Source: PVC group bacterium (GTDB lineage Bacteria > Omnitrophota > Gorgyraeia > B26-G9). From it: a DNA stretch of 64,000 nt. Below, in pieces: positions 40,101-50,956 of the stretch. The notes below the pieces were generated by a model that searched no databases, was not told where the DNA came from, and was given only the letters and a program-made list of their open reading frames with translations. The position numbers and the translations under genes were made by a program. Location of the stretch: positions 129,210 to 193,209 of the forward strand of contig JAAEQR010000072.1 of assembly GCA_024231215.1 (NCBI GenBank), given 5' to 3'. Position 1 is the first letter of the stretch; each line of letters opens with the position of its first letter.

Positions 40101-40939
40101 TGAGAAAAATATCAGCAAAATTAATAAGTGAAACAGTTGATAAACTTGTGATTAAAGCAAATATGTCTTTAAGGCCGGATGTGCTTAAGGCCCTAAAGAC
40201 AGCTTTATCTCAGGAGAAAACAAATGCTGCGCGAAATGCTTTATCTGCTATTATTAAAAATGCATCAATTGCAAAAAAAGAAAAACTTGCTATCTGCCAG
40301 GATACCGGGATACCGATTATATTTGTAGAAATAGGTAATCGGGTGGTTGTAGGCGGTAATATTAGCGATATTATAAATGTTGCGATTGCGAAATCATACA
40401 GCAAAGCTTATTTAAGAGCTTCGATTCAGGCAGACCCTGTGTTTAGAAGTAAGAAACCTTCGTATACTCCAGGTATTGTGCATACAGATATTGTTGCAGG
40501 GGATAAGATGAGAATTACTATTTTACCCAAAGGTTTTGGTAGTGAAAATAAAGCCAGGGTAAAAATGCTGAATCCTACGGCTTCAATAAAGCAGATTGAG
40601 GATTTTATTGTTGATTCAGTAAGGATTGCCGGAGCCAATGCTTGTCCTCCATATATTATTGGAGTGGGGATAGGAGGAACACAGGATTTGGCCGGGTTAT
40701 TGGCTAAGAAGGCATTATTGCGTTCTATTGCAAAGGGAAACAGGGATAAAAAAATAGCATTATTAGAAAAGGGAATATTAGAAAAAATAAACGCGTTAAA
40801 AATTGGGCCGTTTGGGCTAGGCGGGAAGAATACTGCTTTAGCGGTAAATATACAGACTTATCCAACCCATATTGCCGGGTTACCAATAGCTGTGAATATT
40901 AGCTGTCATGCTTTGCGCAGTGCAAGCGAGATATTATGA
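40100..40939 (+). CDS. Fe-S fumarate/tartrate hydratase alpha subunit
   Basis: CQDTG, KGFGSEN, ACPP, THIAGLP, CHA. Confidence 0.92.
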   Translation: MRKISAKLISETVDKLVIKANMSLRPDVLKALKTALSQEKTNAARNALSAIIKNASIAKKEKLAICQDTGIPIIFVEIGNRVVVGGNISDIINVAIAKSYSKAYLRASIQADPVFRSKKPSYTPGIVHTDIVAGDKMRITILPKGFGSENKARVKMLNPTASIKQIEDFIVDSVRIAGANACPPYIIGVGIGGTQDLAGLLAKKALLRSIAKGNRDKKIALLEKGILEKINALKIGPFGLGGKNTALAVNIQTYPTHIAGLPIAVNISCHALRSASEIL

Positions 40940-41460
40940 AAAAACTGAACGGAATATTAGCAAAAAATAAAATTAAAGATTTGCGTTGTGGGCAGGAAGT
41001 ATTATATACAGGGATGATATATACAGCTCGTGATCAGGCACACAAACGTTTTAGTGAGATGTTGCGTAAAGGTAAAAAGTTGCCGGTGGATATAAAGGAA
41101 CAAATCATTTATTATTGCGGACCGAATCCTGCTGCAAAGGGAAAGGTTATTGGATCTTGCGGGCCGACAACATCAAGTCGCATGGATGAATTAACTCCGG
41201 TATTATTGAAAAACGGATTAAGAGCAATGATTGGCAAGGGGGAGCGTTCTAAAGAAGTAGTTGCGGCAATAAAACAATATAAAGCAGTTTATTTTACGAC
41301 CTATGCAGGGTGTGGAGCATTACTATCTGGCCGTGTGAAAAAGAAAAAAACTGTTTGTTTTAAAGATTTGGGAGCAGAGGCAGTATTTGCTTTAGAAGTC
41401 GAAGATTTTCCGTTGATTGTAGCGATTGATGCTTGTGGAGGTAACATTTATGACAAATAG
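40936..41460 (+). CDS. Fe-S fumarate/tartrate hydratase beta subunit
   Basis: [27 protein letters not shown]. Confidence 0.92.
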   Translation: MKKLNGILAKNKIKDLRCGQEVLYTGMIYTARDQAHKRFSEMLRKGKKLPVDIKEQIIYYCGPNPAAKGKVIGSCGPTTSSRMDELTPVLLKNGLRAMIGKGERSKEVVAAIKQYKAVYFTTYAGCGALLSGRVKKKKTVCFKDLGAEAVFALEVEDFPLIVAIDACGGNIYDK

Positions 41461-42172
41461 AAGTTCAGATACATTAAGAGAAGTAAAAATCACCAGAAAT
41501 TTCATGAAACATGCTGATGGATCATGTTTAATTGAGATAGGTGATACCCGGGTAATTTGTACCGCAACTTGTGAAAATAAAGTCCCGCCTTTTTTAAAGG
41601 ATCAGGGAGTTGGATGGGTTACTGCAGAATATGGAATGTTACCAGGATCTTGTAAGGGCCGAATTCCTCGAGAATCAAGCCGGGGTAAAGTAGGAGGCAG
41701 AACGCAGGAAATTCAAAGGTTGATTGGCAGGTCATTGCGGGCGGTGATTGACTTTGAGAAATTAGGAGAAAGAACAGTTTGGATAGATTGTGATGTGATC
41801 CAGGCTGATGGCGGGACTCGTACGGCATCGATAACTGGCAGTTTTATTGCCTTAGTTGATGCTTTAGTTTCTTTGCAGCAAAATGGTAAGATAACTGTTT
41901 TGCCGGTGAAAGAATTTGTAGCTGCAACTAGCGTGGGTATTGTAAAGGGAGAGCCGGTGTTAGATCTGGATTATTCCCTTGATTCAACTGCTGATGTTGA
42001 TATGAATATAGTTATGACTTCGACCGGAAAGTTTATAGAAATTCAGGGGACGGCTGAAAAAGAACCTTTTGACCAAAAGCGTTTAAGGGAATTATTAGAC
42101 TTGGCCCAAAAAGGTATCAGCGAATTAATAGAGCAGCAGAGAAAAGTTTTAGACGGTATAAAGATAGGTTAA
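41450..42172 (+). CDS. rph: ribonuclease PH
   Basis: [37 protein letters not shown]. Confidence 0.97.
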   Translation: MTNRSSDTLREVKITRNFMKHADGSCLIEIGDTRVICTATCENKVPPFLKDQGVGWVTAEYGMLPGSCKGRIPRESSRGKVGGRTQEIQRLIGRSLRAVIDFEKLGERTVWIDCDVIQADGGTRTASITGSFIALVDALVSLQQNGKITVLPVKEFVAATSVGIVKGEPVLDLDYSLDSTADVDMNIVMTSTGKFIEIQGTAEKEPFDQKRLRELLDLAQKGISELIEQQRKVLDGIKIG

Positions 42173-42175
42173 ATT

Positions 42176-42778
42176 ATGGAAGTTGTTGTTTCCACTAGAA
42201 ATAAAGATAAGTTTAGAGAAATTAGCGAGATATTAGAGGACTCAAGTATTAAAACCGTAAGTCTTGAAGATTTTCCAGATGCTCCGATGGTAGAAGAAGA
42301 TGGTGATACCTTTGCGGATAACGCGGCTAAAAAAGCATTGGTGTTGGCTCGTTTTACTAAACGTTTTACTGTAGCAGATGATTCTGGACTTGAAGTTGAT
42401 TATTTAAACGGAGCTCCCGGAGTATATTCAGCTCGTTTCTCAGGAGTTGGGGCAACTTATCAAAGTAATAATGAGAAACTATTGCAAAGTTTAGAAGGAG
42501 TATCTGAGGAACAAAGAAAAGCTCGTTTTGTCTGCTGTGTTGCAATTGCAGATGAGCATGGTATAGTGGGGATTGTGGAAGGGGAGTCTCGCGGGATTAT
42601 AGATACGCAGCAAAGGGGAGATAACGGATTTGGATACGACCCTTTATTTATTAGTTTTGATTATAATCGGACATTTGCTGAATTGGATCCTTCCGAAAAA
42701 AACAAAATAAGTCATAGAGCAAAAGCTTTTGCCAAGGCAAAAGATGTTATTTTAAAATATATTAAGGAGAATTCATGA
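42176..42778 (+). CDS. rdgB: non-canonical purine NTP pyrophosphatase
   Basis: ADDSGL, PGVYSARF, GFGYDP, SHR. Confidence 0.95.
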   Translation: MEVVVSTRNKDKFREISEILEDSSIKTVSLEDFPDAPMVEEDGDTFADNAAKKALVLARFTKRFTVADDSGLEVDYLNGAPGVYSARFSGVGATYQSNNEKLLQSLEGVSEEQRKARFVCCVAIADEHGIVGIVEGESRGIIDTQQRGDNGFGYDPLFISFDYNRTFAELDPSEKNKISHRAKAFAKAKDVILKYIKENS

Positions 42779-44562
42779 AGCTTTACTTCAGATTGATTTC
42801 ATTTTTAAAACCTCATGCATTTGTTTTATTTCTGGCCGTGATTTTCATGCTTTTAGCTGCAGTTTTTGATAGTGTTTCTTTTACGGTACTTGTTCCTTTG
42901 AGTGATATTGTGCTTGGTCAGAATAAAATCATTTTTAATAAGCAGCTTCCGGCAGGTATAACAGCTATAGTAGAGAAAATGAACGAAATTCCACCGTTAA
43001 CGATGTTGAATATTATTGTGCCTATTTTACTGGTGGCATTTGTGTTAAAAGGGCTGTTTTTCTTTGCTCGTACGTATTTAACGACTAAACTTAGCCAAAT
43101 TGTTATTCGTGATATAAGAGATAAATTATATAATAAGATTCAAAATTTTTCTCTGGATTATTTTACCCAGAGTGCTACCGGGCATCTGGTTTCCCGGATT
43201 ACATATGATGTAGAAGTAATAAAGGGAGCGATATCAGTTGGTTTAACAGATATTGTATATCAAACATCTCTTTTAGTTTGTTTTTCGGTAATAGTTTTTT
43301 ACATAAACTGGAAGTGGGCATTGATGTCTATTGGGATATTGCCCTTAGTTATATACCCGATTTATAGTATTGGTAGAGTTATAAAAAAAATTAGTACTCA
43401 GGCTCAGGAAAAGATGGCTGAGTTAAACCGTAAATTGTTTGAGACGATTTCCGGAGTACGGATTGTAAAAGCTTTTTCCATGGAAGATTCGGAAATTAAA
43501 AAAGTAGCTGAACAGAATCATAGCTTTTACAAGATTATGATGCGTCTTCAGAAACGGGCGATAGTATTAGGTCCTCTTACACAGTTTATCGGGGCTTGCG
43601 GTGGAATACTGGTATTATATTACGGAGGCAGAGAGGTCATAAATCAACACATATCGTTTGGTATGTTTGTGCTTTTCTTAGGGGCATTGCTTTCATTAGT
43701 ACGTCCTTGTCGACGGTTAAGTGAAGTTTACGGGATCAATCAACAGGCAATAGCTGCGGCAAAAAGAATTTTCAATGTACTTGATACTCCCATAAAGGTG
43801 GTGGAATCTGAAGGGGCGGTTGATATTCCATTACTTAAAGATAGGATTGTTTTTGAAAATGTTGGATTTGGTTATGGCGATGAACTTGTTTTAAAAGATA
43901 TAGATTTAAAAATTAAAAAAGGAGAAGTTGTTGCTTTAGTAGGTGCAAGCGGTGTAGGCAAAACTAGTTTAGTCAATTTGATTCCGCGTTTTTATGATCC
44001 TACGAGTGGAAAAGTAGAGATTGACGGAATAGACATAAAAGATGTTAGCTTCAAATCTTTAAGAAAGCAGATTGGAATAGTTACGCAGGATCTGGTGCTT
44101 TTTAATACTACAGTTAAAAAGAACATTGCCTATGGTCGGGAAGATGCAAATGATGAGGATATTATTAAGGCCGCAAAAACCGCGGAGGCGCATGAATTCA
44201 TCATGGATTTACCGGAAGGGTATGATACGATAATTGGTGATATGGGGATGAAACTCTCTGGCGGGCAGAAACAGCGTTTAGCCATTGCTAGGGCTATTTT
44301 AAATAATCCCCCGATATTGATTTTAGATGAAGCGACCTCTCAATTGGATGCTGAATCAACTCGATTAGTGCAGGAAGCTTTGGATCATTTACTCGTAAAT
44401 AGAACGGGTTTTATTATCGCCCATCGTTTGGCTACCGTAAAGAAAGTTTCCCGGATTGTTGTTCTAGAAGGAGGACGCATTGTTGATCAAGGGACCCACG
44501 AGGAACTTCTGGTAAAATGTGATTTGTATAAGAGGCTTTCTAAACTTGAATTTCTAATTTAA
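42775..44562 (+). CDS. msbA: MsbA-like ABC exporter (TMD+NBD)
   Basis: TM domain, GASGVGKTS, LSGGQKQR, LDEATS, AHRL. Confidence 0.8.
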   Translation: MKLYFRLISFLKPHAFVLFLAVIFMLLAAVFDSVSFTVLVPLSDIVLGQNKIIFNKQLPAGITAIVEKMNEIPPLTMLNIIVPILLVAFVLKGLFFFARTYLTTKLSQIVIRDIRDKLYNKIQNFSLDYFTQSATGHLVSRITYDVEVIKGAISVGLTDIVYQTSLLVCFSVIVFYINWKWALMSIGILPLVIYPIYSIGRVIKKISTQAQEKMAELNRKLFETISGVRIVKAFSMEDSEIKKVAEQNHSFYKIMMRLQKRAIVLGPLTQFIGACGGILVLYYGGREVINQHISFGMFVLFLGALLSLVRPCRRLSEVYGINQQAIAAAKRIFNVLDTPIKVVESEGAVDIPLLKDRIVFENVGFGYGDELVLKDIDLKIKKGEVVALVGASGVGKTSLVNLIPRFYDPTSGKVEIDGIDIKDVSFKSLRKQIGIVTQDLVLFNTTVKKNIAYGREDANDEDIIKAAKTAEAHEFIMDLPEGYDTIIGDMGMKLSGGQKQRLAIARAILNNPPILILDEATSQLDAESTRLVQEALDHLLVNRTGFIIAHRLATVKKVSRIVVLEGGRIVDQGTHEELLVKCDLYKRLSKLEFLI

Positions 44563-44582
44563 TCCTTTTTTATAAAAAACAC

Positions 44583-44654
44583 TTGAAATATAAAAATAGT
44601 ATGGTATATTATTATGATAATTTTATATATGGGCGGACGCACGGTCCGCCCATA
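44583..44654 (+). promoter_or_regulatory. rpsB promoter and GC-rich leader hairpin
   Basis: TTGAAA-16-TATATT; TATGGGCGGAC/GTCCGCCCATA 11-bp stem at 44628-44654. Confidence 0.55.
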
Positions 44655-44694
44655 CAATAAATAATAATGAATTGTTTTCGAAAGGAGGACAAAA

Positions 44695-45555
44695 TTGACA
44701 GTGGTTTCCATTAAACAGCTATTAGAAGCGGGGGTTCATTTTGGTCACCAGACAAGGCGCTGGAATCCGAAAATGGCGAAGTATATTTTTGGTGAGCGTA
44801 ACGGTATTTATATCATAGACTTGGAAAGGACAGAGCAGGAACTTGATCAGGCGTACCAGTTCTTAAGCAAAACTGTTTCCAAAGGCGGATATGCACTATT
44901 TGTCGGGACTAAAAAACAAGCACAACAAGCAATTGTTAACGAGGCTACCCGCTGTGAAATGTTCTATGTTGAACAGCGCTGGTTAGGAGGGACCCTGACC
45001 AATTTTGAAACTATACGTAAGAGTGTTAAACGTCTTGATGAACTAGAAAAGATGAGAGATGACGGCACTTTTGATAAGTTGACTAAAAAGGAAGTGACTT
45101 TACTCAAGAAAGAAATGTCTAAATTAATAAAGAATTTGGGCGGGATAAGAAAAATGAATAAACTTCCCGGGGCTGTCTTTGTTGTTGATGTAAAGAAAGA
45201 AGAGACAGCGGTAAAAGAAGCTCGCAGACTGAAAATTCCGGTTATTGGAATTGTTGATACCAATTCTGATCCGGACGTCATTGATTATGTAATACCAGGT
45301 AATGATGATGCAATTAAATCCATTAGATTGATTTGTTCGGCTATGGCTGAAGCAGTGCTTACTGGAAAGAAAAATATTAAAGCGCCAGAACCGGCAGCAG
45401 AAGAGAAAGCAGTGGCACCGGCAGTAACTGATGCAAAGAAAGATAAGGTTACCAAGGAAACTAAAAAACCTGTAATTAAGGCTAAAAGTAATAAGGAAGA
45501 AAAAAGTACGGATGCTAAAAAAGCATCAAAAAGCAAACGAAAGGAAGTAAAATGA
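44695..45555 (+). CDS. rpsB: 30S ribosomal protein S2
   Basis: [27 protein letters not shown]; TTG start after AGGAGG. Confidence 0.98.
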   Translation: MTVVSIKQLLEAGVHFGHQTRRWNPKMAKYIFGERNGIYIIDLERTEQELDQAYQFLSKTVSKGGYALFVGTKKQAQQAIVNEATRCEMFYVEQRWLGGTLTNFETIRKSVKRLDELEKMRDDGTFDKLTKKEVTLLKKEMSKLIKNLGGIRKMNKLPGAVFVVDVKKEETAVKEARRLKIPVIGIVDTNSDPDVIDYVIPGNDDAIKSIRLICSAMAEAVLTGKKNIKAPEPAAEEKAVAPAVTDAKKDKVTKETKKPVIKAKSNKEEKSTDAKKASKSKRKEVK

Positions 45556-46145
45556 CGGTTTCTGCGGAACTTGTAAAACAATTAAGAGATAAAACAAATG
45601 CTGGATTTATGGATTGTAAAAAAGCTTTGGCTGAGACCAAAGGTGATCTGGACAAAGCAGTTGATATTTTGCGTAAAAGAGGAGTTGCGGTAGCGGCTAA
45701 AAAGTCAAGTCGTACAGCAAAAGATGGGTTGGTTCAGTCATATATCCATATGGGTGGTAAAATAGGAGTATTAGTTGAAATTAACTGTGAAACTGATTTT
45801 GTAGCTAGAAATGAAAGTTTTCAGCAGTTTGTAAAAGATGTTGCAATGCATGTAGCTGCAGCTAATCCACAGTATCTTAAGCCAGAAGATGTTCCGGCTG
45901 AAATCATCGAAAAAGAAAAAGAAATTATGGCGGGACAGGCTCCGGATAAACCAGCACACATTTTAGAAAAAATGCTTGTTGGGAAATTAAATAAATTTTA
46001 TGCGGAAGTTTGCCTTTTAGAGCAGCCGTTTGTTAAAGATGATAAGATGAAGATAAAAGATTATCTTAATTCTGTAATTGCCAATATCGGAGAAAATATT
46101 TTAATTAGAAGATTTACCCGTTATCAGTTAGGGGAGGAGCTTTAA
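45552..46145 (+). CDS. tsf: elongation factor Ts (short form)
   Basis: VKQLRDKT...[16 protein letters not shown]. Confidence 0.97.
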   Translation: MTVSAELVKQLRDKTNAGFMDCKKALAETKGDLDKAVDILRKRGVAVAAKKSSRTAKDGLVQSYIHMGGKIGVLVEINCETDFVARNESFQQFVKDVAMHVAAANPQYLKPEDVPAEIIEKEKEIMAGQAPDKPAHILEKMLVGKLNKFYAEVCLLEQPFVKDDKMKIKDYLNSVIANIGENILIRRFTRYQLGEEL

Positions 46146-46147
46146 TC

Positions 46148-46867
46148 TTGAAGAAGAAACCGGCTTACCGTCGTGTAGTTTTAAAACTTAGTGGTGAGGC
46201 TCTTCAGAATGTAAAAACAGGATTTGGTATAGACGCTGGCGTTCTTTTATCTATTGGAAAACAGCTTAAAGAAATCAAGGAATTGGGTTTAGAAATCGCC
46301 ATTGTTGTTGGCGGAGGTAATATATTTCGCGGGACCTCAACTATAGGTAGAGCAATTGACCGTTCCACAGCAGATTATATGGGAATGCTGGCGACAGTTA
46401 TTAATAGTTTAGCATTACAGGATGCATTAGAAAAACTTGGTGTTCGTACCCGAGTGCAAACAGCGATTGAATTGAAAGCATTAGCAGAACCGTATATTCG
46501 CAGACGCGCAGTACGACACTTGGAAAAAGGCAGGATAATAATTTTTGCTGCAGGGACGGGTAACCCTTATTTTACGACAGATACAGCTGCGGCTCTAAGG
46601 GCAGTAGAAATTAATGCTGACGTAATTTTGAAGGCAACTAAGGTTGATGGTGTGTATTCGGACGACCCGATAAAGAATAAAAAAGCAAAAAAATTCAAAA
46701 AGCTTAATTACATTGATGTTTTACATAAGAATTTAAAAGTTATGGATGGGACAGCAATTGCGCTGTGCCGGGATAACAATTTGCCGATTATTGTGTTTAA
46801 CCTGTTTAAAAAAGATAATATTAAAAAAGTTATCTTAGGTGACCACATCGGTACATTAGTCGAATAA
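46148..46867 (+). CDS. pyrH: UMP kinase
   Basis: [27 protein letters not shown]. Confidence 0.97.
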   Translation: MKKKPAYRRVVLKLSGEALQNVKTGFGIDAGVLLSIGKQLKEIKELGLEIAIVVGGGNIFRGTSTIGRAIDRSTADYMGMLATVINSLALQDALEKLGVRTRVQTAIELKALAEPYIRRRAVRHLEKGRIIIFAAGTGNPYFTTDTAAALRAVEINADVILKATKVDGVYSDDPIKNKKAKKFKKLNYIDVLHKNLKVMDGTAIALCRDNNLPIIVFNLFKKDNIKKVILGDHIGTLVE

Positions 46868-46886
46868 GATATAGGAGATTAGTGGA

Positions 46887-47447
46887 ATGAGTGCAAAAGA
46901 GATACTTACTAAGTCAGAAGATAAGATGGGGAAATCTGTTGAAGTATCAACCAGGGAGTTTAGTACTATAAGAACCGGCAGGGCAAGTGCGGCGTTGGTA
47001 GAAGGTATTCGAGTGGATTATTATGGAACTCCGACTCCTTTAAAACAGCTAGCTGGTGTTTCTACTCCGGAAGCGCGTTTGATTGTAATTCAGCCATGGG
47101 ATCCATCTTGTATTGGCGATATTGAGAAAGCTATTTTAAAGTCAGAATTGGGTATTACTCCATCTAATGATGGGAAAGTAATTCGTTTAAGTGTACCGCC
47201 CTTGACTAAAGAACGCAGAGCGGAGCTGGTTAAGGTTGTTCATAAGCTAACTGAGGAAGGCCGTATTTCGATACGTGGTGTTAGACGAGAGGCAAATGAA
47301 CAGATAAAGCAGGAAGAAAAAAAGAGTAGTATTACCGAAGACGAAAGTTTTAAAGCTCAGGAAGATGTCCAAAAGCTTACGGATAAATATATAAAGCAGT
47401 TAGAAGATTTTTCAAAGAAAAAAGAATCTGAAATAATGGAAGTTTAA
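46887..47447 (+). CDS. frr: ribosome recycling factor
   Basis: IRTGRAS, YYGTPTPL, PPLTKERR. Confidence 0.97.
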   Translation: MSAKEILTKSEDKMGKSVEVSTREFSTIRTGRASAALVEGIRVDYYGTPTPLKQLAGVSTPEARLIVIQPWDPSCIGDIEKAILKSELGITPSNDGKVIRLSVPPLTKERRAELVKVVHKLTEEGRISIRGVRREANEQIKQEEKKSSITEDESFKAQEDVQKLTDKYIKQLEDFSKKKESEIMEV

Positions 47448-47453
47448 ATGTGT

Positions 47454-47529
47454 GGGCCGCTAGCTCAGTTGGCAGAGCATCGCCCTTTTAAGGCGGGTGT
47501 CGAAGGTTCGAGCCCTTCGCGGCTCACCA
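47454..47529 (+). tRNA. tRNA-Lys(TTT)
   Basis: Cloverleaf, anticodon loop CTTTTAA, encoded CCA. Confidence 0.96.
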
Positions 47530-47683
47530 TATTAATACTTCCAAGGGTTCGAATCGAAGTTGAACGCCGAGCAAGTGCGAGGAAAAGCGAGCAGGACTGT
47601 GAGCGGCAGTGAAACGAGGCGGGCCTGCGCAGCTCTCAACAGGAAGTTGTGAGCGTAGTAGGCGAGCCCTTCGCGGCTCACCA
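47530..47683 (+). repeat. tRNA-linked element copy A, ending in a 21-bp duplicate of the tRNA-Lys 3' end
   Basis: CGAGCCCTTCGCGGCTCACCA at 47509-47529 and 47663-47683; core closely similar to 54193-54309. Confidence 0.9.
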
Positions 47684-47696
47684 TACATTCTGTTGC

Positions 47697-47774
47697 GTCC
47701 CCATCGTCTAGCCAGGTCTAGGACAGTAGATTTTCGATCTACCGACAGGGGTTCAAATCCCCTTGGGGACGCCA
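47697..47774 (+). tRNA. tRNA-Glu(TTC)
   Basis: GTCCCCA/TGGGGAC acceptor, loop TTTTCGA, GTTCAAATC, CCA. Confidence 0.95.
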
Positions 47775-47812
47775 AAAAATTAAGGTCACTCGAAAGAGTG
47801 GCCTAATTTTTT
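47775..47812 (+). terminator. intrinsic terminator after tRNA-Glu
   Basis: GGTCACTC-GAAA-GAGTGGCC hairpin flanked by A/T runs. Confidence 0.8.
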
Positions 47813-47819
47813 GTTCGGA

Positions 47820-48063
47820 CACAAGGGGATGGTCAAAAGGGTCTACGGGGAAAAGACTGTTTTTCCCGTTCGGCGTACTGGAGCCCAAAACGGAAAGAAA
47901 AGGAACAGCGACCGAAGGGAGCGATAGGGAAAAACCATAAGGGTTTTTCTCTATGGAGTGATCTCGCCAAAGGCGGGAGAACGACTCCCCTGGGGACGTT
48001 GATTGCTTATTGCGAAATCACGACGTTCAAATCCCCTTGCGACACGACCCCCTGGGGACGTCA
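47820..48063 (+). repeat. GC-rich region with three partial copies of the tRNA-Glu 3' end
   Basis: TCCCCTGGGGACG at 47986, GTTCAAATCCCCTTG at 48025, CCCCTGGGGACGTCA near 48049. Confidence 0.75.
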
Positions 48064-48143
48064 AAATTACATGTGATGCTTTTAAGTTTCATCTTAACCA
48101 TTGACTTTTACGACGACTAATCATAAAATAAACTTAAATTATG

Positions 48144-48287
48144 TTAAACCCGAACTATGCATTAGGCTGCGGCGAATAGCATTAATCTTTGCCATACCAC
48201 AGAGGGGATGCCTGTATTTTTTGTAAGTATTTTATCTCAAAAATCTTAGCACTCTTCATCCGCCTTCTAATACATAATCCGGGTTAA
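48144..48287. repeat. long imperfect inverted repeat (about 42-bp arms)
   Basis: AACCCGAACTATGCATTAG.../...CTAATACATAATCCGGGTT. Confidence 0.7.
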
Positions 48288-48301
48288 TAAAGAGGTAAGT
48301 T

Positions 48302-49258
48302 ATGGGTATTATGGACGAAAGTTATATAATGGATCAAATCCCCGTAAATATTACGCTTGCTTTAGGCGGGGGTGGTGTTCGCGGTCTTGCTCATATCGGA
48401 GTAATTAGAGCATTAGAAAAGATTACTCCAATTAATATGATTTCCGGGACAAGTATGGGCGCAATTGTTGGAGCGATGTATGCACTTAATCCGGACATTG
48501 AGAGGGTCGAAGAATTATTGATGACGCTTCTTGATAAAAAAGAGGTTAAGGAGATTGAACGATTGATTAGCGGGCATACTCCGGTAGAAGAGAAAAAACT
48601 AATTGTCCAGGGACTGCTTACCTTTGTAAAAAAGATGTATTTACTTAATTTGCGGGCGATAAAGAGATGGGTATTTAGTGGTAAAGAAATAACATCAATG
48701 TTTGGAGACCTGGGGCTGGATACTGATTTTAAACATGCTAAGATACCGATTTCCTGTGTAAGTGTGGATTTGCGTACCGGAGATGAAATAGTATTGAGTA
48801 AGGGGGCGATTATGGAGGCAGTACTAGCCTCGGTATCTTTACCCGGAGTTTTTCCTCCGGTGAAAAAAGGAAAACGTCTTTTAGTTGATGGTGGAATAAT
48901 CAGCAGTGTACCGGTAGATGCAGCAAGGAAGTTGGGAGGAGATATAGTTATTGCCATTGGGGTGGAAGCACAGGTTGATTATAATAAGAAGCTGGGGAAT
49001 GGATTTGATATAATGTTTCAGGCAGATGCGATAAGAGCTCGCAAATTAGCTGAAATAAAATTAGCTCAAGCGGATCTCGCTATCTGTCCCAAGGTGGGGG
49101 CGATTGGCTGGGCTAGTTTTTCGCGGGCAACTGAATGTATCGAGGCTGGGGAAAAAGCAGTTGAAAAAGCAAAGCCGAAAATCCTAGAGTTAATTAAGAA
49201 AAAGAGACGGGAAAAGTTTTGGAAAGGATTTTTCTCTTTTCCTAATTATAAAGAGTAG
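48302..49258 (+). CDS. patatin-like phospholipase
   Basis: GGGGVRGLAHIG, GTSMG, DGG. Confidence 0.93.
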   Translation: MGIMDESYIMDQIPVNITLALGGGGVRGLAHIGVIRALEKITPINMISGTSMGAIVGAMYALNPDIERVEELLMTLLDKKEVKEIERLISGHTPVEEKKLIVQGLLTFVKKMYLLNLRAIKRWVFSGKEITSMFGDLGLDTDFKHAKIPISCVSVDLRTGDEIVLSKGAIMEAVLASVSLPGVFPPVKKGKRLLVDGGIISSVPVDAARKLGGDIVIAIGVEAQVDYNKKLGNGFDIMFQADAIRARKLAEIKLAQADLAICPKVGAIGWASFSRATECIEAGEKAVEKAKPKILELIKKKRREKFWKGFFSFPNYKE

Positions 49259-49282
49259 TTTTGATTGCTGAGGGAGGAAATA

Positions 49283-50953
49283 ATGATTAAAAAAATATTA
49301 CTAAGTATTTTAATACTGTGGATTATAGTTATTATTAGCGGATTTATCTATTTAAATAAAGTGTACATTCCTCAAAAACTTAAACCTCTTGTAATCGAAA
49401 ATGTGGAAAAAGCTTTAGATAAAAAGATGACGATTGACCATGCCCAGTATTATCCGATGAAAGGTGTTTCTTTTTCGGGAATTAATATAGTTAATCAGGA
49501 TGATTCCCAGTTTATAGCTGTTAAATCAGCTTCACTTAAACTTAGATCATTTCCGAAAATCAGTAAAGATAAAGTGGTTGTAAATGCAAAACTTATTGTT
49601 GATCAGGCCTATGTGCAGCAAGATCAGATTTTAGTTGAAGTTGAAGGGATGGCACTGGATATTAATGCTAATGTAAAGGGTAAAGAGGATGTTAGTTTAA
49701 AAGGAAATCTATCTTTAAAGGGCATTAATTTAAAAGGCCTGCCGGCAATTCAAGATATAATGACTTTAAAAGGAACTATAGATTTTACGCAAGATTCATT
49801 TAACTCTAATGACTTATCATTACAGATAAACAAGGAACCAATGACACTTGCTGTTAATGGTACTTTTAGTCCGGAAGATTTAAATATAGCAAAATTTTCA
49901 GCTGTTTACGGAAAGACAAATTTAGATTGTTCGGCTAAAGTTTTTGAGTTAAAAAATCCGCAGCTTGATGCGACAATATCCGGAGCGATTGATTTAGAAA
50001 GCATAGGTAAAATATTAAAAGATATAACTTTGCCGATAATGTCTGGAGTATGTAACTTTACGTTTAAAGCAGATGGAAGTGCGGGGGATTTAAGTGCCTT
50101 AAAGGCAAAAGGAAATATTAATTTTCCACAGGGTGAGATAGAGAAAATAAAGTTCTCCCAGCTTACGGCTGATATATTGCTGGAAAAAGGAATAGTTTAC
50201 TGTAATCCATTTAAATGTGTTTTTTATGAAGGCAGGATTGATGGTAATGCTGAGGCCGGGATTATTGATGTTCTTTTGCCGATAAAATGTGCAATAGATA
50301 TAGATGGAATTAATATCGAACCATTGATTACAGATGTAGCTGGTTACGATGTAGGTGGAGGAAAGCTTGCTGCGCATGCAGCTATATCTGGAAGTGCAAC
50401 AGATTTAAATTCTTTAGATGGCACCGGGTGGTTTAAACTTACTGAGGCAAAAGTGCAAATACCCTCAAAATTTGAGAAGCTAGCAACGATGTTTCAATTA
50501 AATCAACTCTCAAGTATGTTGATCAATGAAGCTTCGGCCAGTTTTACTATTGCAGAAGGAAAAATTGATACCCAGGATTTACAGATCCTGGCTGATTTAG
50601 CAACATTTACAGCCAAAGGATATGCCACATTTACACAGTATATAGATTTTATCATTGAAATAAGTGTTGCAGAAAGTTTTAAAGATAGTTTTGCTGGAAA
50701 TATAACTTCATTCATTCGTAAAGTTCAAGTTCATGGACAGGGGCCGAACGGTATAAAATATAAACCGCTGATTGAAGAATCTGTTAAAGCAGCAGTTGTC
50801 GAGCAGGTAAAGGAAAAAGGGCTAGATGCTTTAAAAGGTCTGTTGGGCGGCGGAGACAATAGCGGTGGGGCAGAAGGATCCGAACAGCCACAGGGTGATG
50901 GAGATATTAAGGATCAAATAAAAAAAGGTTTAGAAGGTTTGTTTGGTAGGTAG
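49283..50953 (+). CDS. AsmA-like/DUF748 family protein
   Basis: N-terminal TM, repeated beta strands, FYEG...G and AsmA-like C-terminus. Confidence 0.75.
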   Translation: MIKKILLSILILWIIVIISGFIYLNKVYIPQKLKPLVIENVEKALDKKMTIDHAQYYPMKGVSFSGINIVNQDDSQFIAVKSASLKLRSFPKISKDKVVVNAKLIVDQAYVQQDQILVEVEGMALDINANVKGKEDVSLKGNLSLKGINLKGLPAIQDIMTLKGTIDFTQDSFNSNDLSLQINKEPMTLAVNGTFSPEDLNIAKFSAVYGKTNLDCSAKVFELKNPQLDATISGAIDLESIGKILKDITLPIMSGVCNFTFKADGSAGDLSALKAKGNINFPQGEIEKIKFSQLTADILLEKGIVYCNPFKCVFYEGRIDGNAEAGIIDVLLPIKCAIDIDGINIEPLITDVAGYDVGGGKLAAHAAISGSATDLNSLDGTGWFKLTEAKVQIPSKFEKLATMFQLNQLSSMLINEASASFTIAEGKIDTQDLQILADLATFTAKGYATFTQYIDFIIEISVAESFKDSFAGNITSFIRKVQVHGQGPNGIKYKPLIEESVKAAVVEQVKEKGLDALKGLLGGGDNSGGAEGSEQPQGDGDIKDQIKKGLEGLFGR

Positions 50954-50956
50954 AGA

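Noticed and set aside
45370-45555. Lys/Ala-rich C-terminal tail of RpsB
   Set aside because: Low-complexity S2 tails are common in bacteria
47509-47683. Prophage or genomic island bounded by attL/attR
   Set aside because: Only ~130 bp lie between the direct repeats and there is no integrase; reported as a mini-element instead
47524-47806. ORFs 47524..47775(-) and 47609..47806(+)
   Set aside because: They overlap tRNA-Glu and the tRNA-linked repeat; shadow frames of GC-rich non-coding DNA
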